Positions 58,707 through 64,000 of a stretch of 64,000 nt of DNA are shown here, one piece after another. How positions within the stretch are numbered: the first letter of the stretch is position 1; every line of letters starts with the position of its first letter. Origin of the DNA: Rhodospirillales bacterium (lineage in GTDB: Bacteria > Pseudomonadota > Alphaproteobacteria > MPNO01 > UBA2964); the NCBI GenBank assembly GCA_038116945.1, contig JAYOEY010000002.1, forward strand, positions 20,958 to 84,957, written 5' to 3'. The notes under the pieces are model-generated. The model was not told where the DNA came from, did not search any database, and saw nothing but the letters and a program-made list of their open reading frames with translations. The translations under genes were made by a program, and so were the position numbers.

Positions 58707-60043
58707 TTATGGATTCGAAATCAGAAACGTCCCCGCCATCCGGCGCCTTCGATATCGACGCCTTCGCGCCCGAAGCCAACGAACTTCCGGCGCGTTACGG
58801 ACTTCCCCGGGATGTCGCTTTCTGTAACCGGTGCGTTATTTCCAATCAGCGTCCGTCATCCAGTATCGAATTCAAGACTCGGGCTGACAGTCCCAAGACG
58901 ACGATCCGGATGGACGACGACGGAGTCTGCGACGCCTGTCATTTCGCCGAGCACAAGCAGAAAGAGATCGACTGGAACGCGCGGGAAGACGAACTGCGCG
59001 AACTGTGCGACCGGTTCCGGCGCACCGACGGCGCTTACGACTGCGTTGTTCCCGGCTCGGGTGGAAAGGACAGCGTCTATGCGGCGCATGTCCTGAAATA
59101 CAAGTACGGCATGCATCCGCTGACGGTTACCTGGGCGCCGCATATCTATACCGACTGGGGATGGAAGAATTTCCAGGCGTGGCTCCATTCGGGTTTCGAC
59201 AATCAGCTGTTTACGCCCAACGGCCGGGTGCACCGGCTCCTGACCCGGCTGGCGCTCGACCGCCTGCTGCATCCGTTCCAGTCCTTCGTGCTGGGACAGA
59301 AGAACGTGGCTCCCAGGGTGGCGGCGCGCTACGGCATTCCCCTGATCTTTTACGGCGAAAACGAAGCCGAGTACGGCAATCCCATTGCGGACAATACAAG
59401 CGCGAGACGCGACTGGTCCTACTTCAGCGCGCAGGACGATTCCGATATTTTCATCAGCGGCGCGTCGGTGGAGGAGCTGATCGGCGACTACGGCGTCGAC
59501 CGCGCGGACCTGCAGCCGTACATGCCGGCGGATCCGTCGCAGCTCGAACGCCACAATATCGAGGTCCATTATCTCGGCTACTACCTCAAATGGCATCCGC
59601 AGAGCTGCTATTACTACGCGGTGGAACATTGCGGGTTCGAGGCCGCGCCGGAACGCACCTCGGGCACCTACAGCAAGTATAACTCGATCGACGACAAGGT
59701 CGACGACCTGCATTACTACACGACCTATATAAAGTTCGGCATCGGCCGAGCGACCTACGATGCGGCGCAGGAAATCCGTTCCGGCGATATCACGCGCGAA
59801 GAGGGCATCGCGCTGGTCAAACGGTTCGACGGCGAATATCCCGAGCGGTTCTTCGACGAGCTGATGACCTATCTCAGCATTCCGGAGGAAGAATTCCCCG
59901 TTGCGCACGGGCGCTTCGATCAGCCCCTCATGGACAGGGCCTGTTTCGATGCGCTGTGCGACAGTTTCCGGTCTCCTCATATATGGAAATACGAAGGCGG
60001 TGAATGGCGTCTGCGCCGCACCGTCTGGGAAGACGTTCTTTAA
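58670..60043 (+). CDS. PP-loop N-acetyl sugar amidotransferase, copy 2 (alternative start ATG 58709)
   Basis: CNRCVISNQ...CDACHF Cys cluster and CVVPGSGGKDSVY PP-loop. Same architecture as 20619..21830. Confidence 0.8.
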   Translation: MAFLSHTRKNRLIMDSKSETSPPSGAFDIDAFAPEANELPARYGLPRDVAFCNRCVISNQRPSSSIEFKTRADSPKTTIRMDDDGVCDACHFAEHKQKEIDWNAREDELRELCDRFRRTDGAYDCVVPGSGGKDSVYAAHVLKYKYGMHPLTVTWAPHIYTDWGWKNFQAWLHSGFDNQLFTPNGRVHRLLTRLALDRLLHPFQSFVLGQKNVAPRVAARYGIPLIFYGENEAEYGNPIADNTSARRDWSYFSAQDDSDIFISGASVEELIGDYGVDRADLQPYMPADPSQLERHNIEVHYLGYYLKWHPQSCYYYAVEHCGFEAAPERTSGTYSKYNSIDDKVDDLHYYTTYIKFGIGRATYDAAQEIRSGDITREEGIALVKRFDGEYPERFFDELMTYLSIPEEEFPVAHGRFDQPLMDRACFDALCDSFRSPHIWKYEGGEWRLRRTVWEDVL

Positions 60044-60066
60044 CCGAAGAGAGGGAGGAAGTGGCG

Positions 60067-60237
60067 ATGGCCGATATCCTGAAGGGAAATTTTGAAACCA
60101 GAAAAAAGGTCGAGCCGGCGGCGAAAAGCGCCGAGGACGAGCTGGAAGAGAAATTCGAACGAGAAGCCATGAAGCGGCTTGGCGGTTCGATCGCGTTCGT
60201 TTCCAAGAAAAAGGTCAAGTGGGACCTGGACGACTGA
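60067..60237 (+). CDS. 56-aa highly charged small protein (hypothetical)
   Basis: GAGGGAGG ribosome-binding site 8 nt upstream of ATG 60067. Translates as MADILKGNFETRKKVEPAAKSAEDELEEKFEREAMKRLGGSIAFVSKKKVKWDLDD. Confidence 0.35.
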   Translation: MADILKGNFETRKKVEPAAKSAEDELEEKFEREAMKRLGGSIAFVSKKKVKWDLDD

Positions 60238-60264
60238 CGAGCACGGATTCGGCGGACAGGATCG

Positions 60265-61296
60265 ATGGCGGATAACAAAGCCGGATCGCTCGGCGAGGCG
60301 CTGGTCGCCCGCATGGAGCAGATGACATGGGACCGAATTGGTGAACTCAGCCAGCAGAACATCCGGCGCAACGCGTCGGTGCTCGACAGGGGCCTGTCCC
60401 TGAAAGCGCTGCGCGACGCAACGGTCGGCCGGGGCGACAGCGCGATTGTCATCGCCGCAGGTCCCAGCATCCACCGCCACGATCCGATTGCCGCGATCAA
60501 GCAGAGCGGTTATCGCGGCGCCATCGTCGCGACAGAGAGCGCGATGGTCTATTGCCTGCGCAACGGCGTGGTGCCCGACCTTGTCGTGACGGTCGATCCG
60601 CACGACCGGATCAAGAGATGGTTCGGCGATCCCAACCTGAGTCAGGATGAACTTGATGCCGACGATTACTATCGCCGTCAGGACATGGACGAATCGGTTC
60701 GCCGGGAGCGCGAATTCAATGACGAAGTCCTCCGGCTGCTGGAGCGTCACGGACGGGATATCCGCATCGCCGTTGCCACGACCGCGGGCGAAAACGTGGT
60801 GAGACGCTGTATCGACACCGGCATGCAGATCTACTGGTGGAACCCGATGCTGGACGACCCCGATGCCGAAGACAGCGTCAGCCGCGCCATCTGGCGCGAA
60901 AACCGGCTGCCCCTGGTGAACGCCGGCGGCAATGTCGGCACCTCGTGCTGGATGATGGCGCACGCGGTGCTCGGCAAGGCGAAAGTTGCGCTCACCGGCA
61001 TGGATTTCTCCTATTACGGCGGCACCGATTTCCTGCGCACCCAGTACTACTACGAAATCCGCGACCTGGTCGGCGAGGACCGGCTGGGCGAGGTGTTCAT
61101 GGCGATCCGCAATCCCTATCTGGACCGGGAATTTTTCACAGACCCGGCCTATAAATGGTATTGCGAGTGTTTTCTCGAACTCGCCGCCGATGCCGAATGC
61201 GAAACGGTGAACTGTACCGAGGGCGGCATCCTGTTCGGCGATCATGTCGCGTTCCGGCCGCTTGCCGACTTTCTCGCGGAAACCGTTGACGGATAG
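60265..61296 (+). CDS. MptE-like/DUF115 protein (motility-accessory-factor-like putative nonulosonic acid transferase)
   Basis: AIVIAAGPSIHRHDP...DLVVTVDPHD arrangement reminiscent of Maf/PseE-type DUF115 proteins. Assigned from memory of the family pattern. Confidence 0.5.
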   Translation: MADNKAGSLGEALVARMEQMTWDRIGELSQQNIRRNASVLDRGLSLKALRDATVGRGDSAIVIAAGPSIHRHDPIAAIKQSGYRGAIVATESAMVYCLRNGVVPDLVVTVDPHDRIKRWFGDPNLSQDELDADDYYRRQDMDESVRREREFNDEVLRLLERHGRDIRIAVATTAGENVVRRCIDTGMQIYWWNPMLDDPDAEDSVSRAIWRENRLPLVNAGGNVGTSCWMMAHAVLGKAKVALTGMDFSYYGGTDFLRTQYYYEIRDLVGEDRLGEVFMAIRNPYLDREFFTDPAYKWYCECFLELAADAECETVNCTEGGILFGDHVAFRPLADFLAETVDG

Positions 61297-61321
61297 ATAA
61301 AGGACACAGGGGAATACCGAT

Positions 61322-62866
61322 ATGGCCAAGGTCCTGTTCATAAATCCGACAGTGCGTCAGGAAGACGTGCCCCGCCATGTGCCTTACGGCATCGCTTTGC
61401 TGGCGGCCATCGCCATGGAGAAAGGCCACCAGGTCCAGGTCTATGACGAAAACGCCTGGCGTCTTGGCCCGGAGACCCGGAAGCAGGTGCTCGAAGCCGA
61501 CGACTGGGACGTCATCGCGATGGGCGGCATCACCACCGCCTACCGGTCGATCAAAAGCGCAGTCGCCATGGCGCGGGAGGTCTGTCCCGACGCGGTGATC
61601 GTTCTGGGCGGCGGCGTCCTGACATCGATTCCGCACGACATCATGGGATGGCTCGACGCGGTCGATGTCGGCTGCGTCGGAGAGGGGTTCGTGACCTTTC
61701 CCGAGATTCTCGAGATGGTCGATTCCGGCAAGCGCGACTGGCACATGATCAAGGGCACGGTTTATCGCCGGGAAGACGGCAGGACGATGCTGTCGGGAGC
61801 GCGCGAACTGTTGCAGGATCTCGATTCGCTGCCCTATCCGGCGTGGGATCTGTTCCCGCTGGAAGATGTCTATTTCAAGAACAGCGCGGCGCTGTTTTCC
61901 GAAGAAGGCATGCTGGCGAGCCGGCGGCTCGACATCAACACGTCATACGGCTGTTCGCTCGTCTGCAAGTTCTGCTACCACCTCGGCATCGCCGGCGACA
62001 TGCGTTACGAGGAAGACGATTCCGGCAGGGTCAACGTGGCGTTTGACCAGACCGGCAGCTACACACGCGACATCCGCTACCACAGCCCGGAATATGTCGT
62101 GAAAATGGTCAAGCATGCCTACGACAAGTACAACATCAATTTTATCGGGTTCCTCGACGAGAACCTGATGACCATGGATGTGTTCTCCGGCCGGACCTGG
62201 ATGAAGGAAATCTGCCGCCTGTGGCACGAGTACGGCCTGGCGCCCAAAGCGCGGCCGGACGGGACCTGGGAGGGCATCCACTGGGGCGGCACCAGCCATG
62301 CCACGCTGTGCAATCAGGAAATCCTGAAGATCATGCGCGAAGCGGGCTGTTCGCACCTGGTCTACGGGTATGAATCCTTTGCGCCGCACGTCCTGAAAAC
62401 GATCGGCAAGGGATCGACCGTCAAGACCAACCTGCGCAGCTTCTTCTGGACGCTGGAAGCGGGCATCCGGCCCATCCCCAACCAGATCATTGGGTTTCCC
62501 AACGAGGATTTCGACTCGCTTCGCATGTCGATGGACGCGTGGCACAAGCTCGGGATCGTCGTCAAACCGCACTTCGCGACGCCCTACCCAGGATCGGAAT
62601 GGTTCACGGTGCACCGCAAGCGTATCGAAGAGCAGTACGGCGGCGACCTGGAAAAATTCATCATCGATGTCGGGGACGCGTCTCAGATTTCGGCGGTGAT
62701 TTCGCATAATTTCAACGCGGTCGAGCTGATCGGCCTGCGCGAGTTCATGGTCAATTTCCAGTACGACAAGATCGACGCTTATGAGAAAGAATGGCGCCGA
62801 CGCCACAATGTTCCCGAAGGCGCGCCATCGTCCCTCATTCCGCTCGCCAAGAGCGCCGCGGAATAA
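61322..62866 (+). CDS. cobalamin-dependent radical SAM enzyme number 4
   Basis: MAKVLFINPTVRQ...GIALLAAIAMEKGHQVQVYDEN (B12-domain-like) and SYGCSLVCKFCYH (C-x3-C-x2-C). AGGGGAA ribosome-binding site upstream. Confidence 0.8.
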   Translation: MAKVLFINPTVRQEDVPRHVPYGIALLAAIAMEKGHQVQVYDENAWRLGPETRKQVLEADDWDVIAMGGITTAYRSIKSAVAMAREVCPDAVIVLGGGVLTSIPHDIMGWLDAVDVGCVGEGFVTFPEILEMVDSGKRDWHMIKGTVYRREDGRTMLSGARELLQDLDSLPYPAWDLFPLEDVYFKNSAALFSEEGMLASRRLDINTSYGCSLVCKFCYHLGIAGDMRYEEDDSGRVNVAFDQTGSYTRDIRYHSPEYVVKMVKHAYDKYNINFIGFLDENLMTMDVFSGRTWMKEICRLWHEYGLAPKARPDGTWEGIHWGGTSHATLCNQEILKIMREAGCSHLVYGYESFAPHVLKTIGKGSTVKTNLRSFFWTLEAGIRPIPNQIIGFPNEDFDSLRMSMDAWHKLGIVVKPHFATPYPGSEWFTVHRKRIEEQYGGDLEKFIIDVGDASQISAVISHNFNAVELIGLREFMVNFQYDKIDAYEKEWRRRHNVPEGAPSSLIPLAKSAAE

Positions 62867-62923
62867 CCCGCACGCCGTCCACTCACCGGAAACCGGACCG
62901 GCCGTCCCCCGGCGGCAAAGCAC

Positions 62924-64000
62924 ATGACAGACAGAATTTTCCTTTCCGCGCCCTCGATGGGCGGTGACGAAAAGCGCCTGATCGGCGAGGCGATCGATGC
63001 CAGCGAAATCGCGCTCGGCCGTCATCTCGCCGATCTCGAAAAACGGCTCGCCGAACAGGCGGGGGTGCGCGCCGCCGCGGCGGTCGCATCCGGCACGGCA
63101 GCGCTCCATCTGGCGTACGACGTGCTCGGGATCGGTCCGGGCGATCTCGTGTTCTGTTCGTCCCTGACCTTCGTTGCGACGGTTGCGCCCGCCTGCCAGC
63201 TGGGCGCCACCCCGGTCTTTATCGACTGCGAACCGGAAAGCTGGAACATGTCGCCGCGCGCGCTCGAACGCGCCTTCGCGGACGCTGCGAAGAACAATCG
63301 GATGCCCAAGGCGGTCGTGGTAGCGAGCATTTACGGACAGAGCGCGGATTTCGACCCGCTTTCGAAAATCTGCGACCGGTTTGGCGTGCCTGTCGTCGAG
63401 GACGCCGCCGAAGTTCTCGGCGCAACCTACAGGGATCGCCCGTGCGGCGGTCTCGGGGCGATCGGAATCTATTCCTTCAACGGCAACAAGATCATCTCCA
63501 CCGGCGGGGGCGGCGCGGTGCTGTGCGACGACGAAGAGACGATCCGCCGCATCCGGTTCCTGTCCGGCCAGGCGCGCGATCCGGGCTGGCATTACGAACA
63601 TACGAGGCTCGGCTACAACTACCGCATGAGCAATATCGCGGCGGCGATGGGCATGGCGCAGATGGACCGGCTCGAGGACCGCATTGCGCGCCGTCAGGAA
63701 ATCTTTGCGCGGTACAGGGCGGCGCTCGGCGACATCGACGGAATCGGCTTCATGCCGGTTGCCGGTTACGGCAGACATACCTGCTGGCTCAGCGTGATTT
63801 CGATAGAGCCCCGTCCCGGCCGGCCGGCCATTCCGGAAATCTGCGCCGCGCTCGACGGACAGGCGATCGAGGCGCGCCCGGTCTGGAAGCCGTTGCACCG
63901 CCAGCCGGTATTCGACGGCTCCGCCTATTTCTCGCATGGCGAGAACGAGAGCGTGTCGGAGCAGGTGTTCGCCAACGGGCTGTGCCTGCCTGCCGGACCC
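62924..64000 (+). CDS. DegT/DnrJ/EryC1-family aminotransferase, copy 3 (LegC/PglE-like), 3'-truncated by window end
   Basis: Hand translation from ATG 62924 gives MTDRIFLSAPSMGGDEKRLIGEAIDAS...ASGTAALHLAYDVLGIGPGD...IYSFNGNKIISTGGGG. No stop before nt 64000. Absent from the track because it is open-ended. Confidence 0.7.
   Translation, partial: MTDRIFLSAPSMGGDEKRLIGEAIDASEIALGRHLADLEKRLAEQAGVRAAAAVASGTAALHLAYDVLGIGPGDLVFCSSLTFVATVAPACQLGATPVFIDCEPESWNMSPRALERAFADAAKNNRMPKAVVVASIYGQSADFDPLSKICDRFGVPVVEDAAEVLGATYRDRPCGGLGAIGIYSFNGNKIISTGGGGAVLCDDEETIRRIRFLSGQARDPGWHYEHTRLGYNYRMSNIAAAMGMAQMDRLEDRIARRQEIFARYRAALGDIDGIGFMPVAGYGRHTCWLSVISIEPRPGRPAIPEICAALDGQAIEARPVWKPLHRQPVFDGSAYFSHGENESVSEQVFANGLCLPAGP

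Noticed and set aside
1-64000. Mobile elements, CRISPR arrays, tRNA/rRNA genes, integrases, or an abrupt GC-content island marking recent horizontal transfer.
   Set aside because: None seen. Composition is uniformly high-GC across the housekeeping and glycan genes. The only AT-rich patches are short promoter-like intergenic tracts (for example 12735-12770). There are no direct or inverted terminal repeats or transposase-like ORFs.
1-64000. Searched for the canonical partners of Ppm (ThDP-dependent phosphonopyruvate decarboxylase, class-V AEP transaminase) and for a PAPS-dependent sulfotransferase.
   Set aside because: No ORF shows a ThDP-binding GDG-X24-NN motif, an AEPT-like fold, or sulfotransferase 5'-PSB/3'-PB motifs. 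Their absence is reported as an observation. They may be encoded outside the window.

Overview
This is a 64 kb, uniformly high-GC window, probably alphaproteobacterial given the rsmB, rpe and heparinase II/III-like gene order. I found no rRNA or tRNA genes, CRISPR arrays, insertion sequences or integrases. The first ~6 kb hold housekeeping genes (rsmB, rpe) flanking a trio of SxtJ-like membrane protein, DUF5989 micro-protein and NodU/CmcH-type carbamoyltransferase. From ~6.1 kb to the end the window is one large glycan biosynthesis and modification island. Its main parts are: (1) a complete pseudaminic acid (Pse) pathway (pseB, pseC, a pseG-pseH fusion and pseI), together with a PP-loop amidotransferase and HisH/HisF-like partners for acetamidino formation, a formyltransferase-like gene and an LmbE-like deacetylase; (2) a partial second nonulosonic-acid-type module (CBS-domain nucleotidyltransferase, SDR, NeuA-type CMP synthetase, a second HisF/HisH/amidotransferase set, a Maf/MptE-like transferase and a DegT aminotransferase that runs off the window end); (3) a PEP mutase fused to a LicC/PntC-like cytidylyltransferase, divergent from an operon encoding a cobalamin-dependent radical SAM enzyme and a degenerate-CysN/APS-kinase fusion; (4) four B12-binding radical SAM enzymes in total; (5) O-acyl modification genes (MBOAT, AlgX/DltD-like, two GNATs, a membrane-anchored SGNH hydrolase) with a PhyH dioxygenase and a fused ABC exporter; (6) a regulatory module made of a winged-HTH regulator and a NusG paralog. 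The regulator's leader carries a tripartite GTTC-N7-GAAC operator cluster that recurs at two other intergenic sites in the window. An ops-like element (GGTGGTAGCGTG) lies in the leader of the ~21 kb plus-strand Pse operon. The ORF track uses GTG/TTG as starts and translates them as M, and it lists many long antisense ORFs that are GC artefacts. I re-derived starts from the nucleotides where they mattered. All functional calls are from motif-level reading of the translations; no database search was possible.
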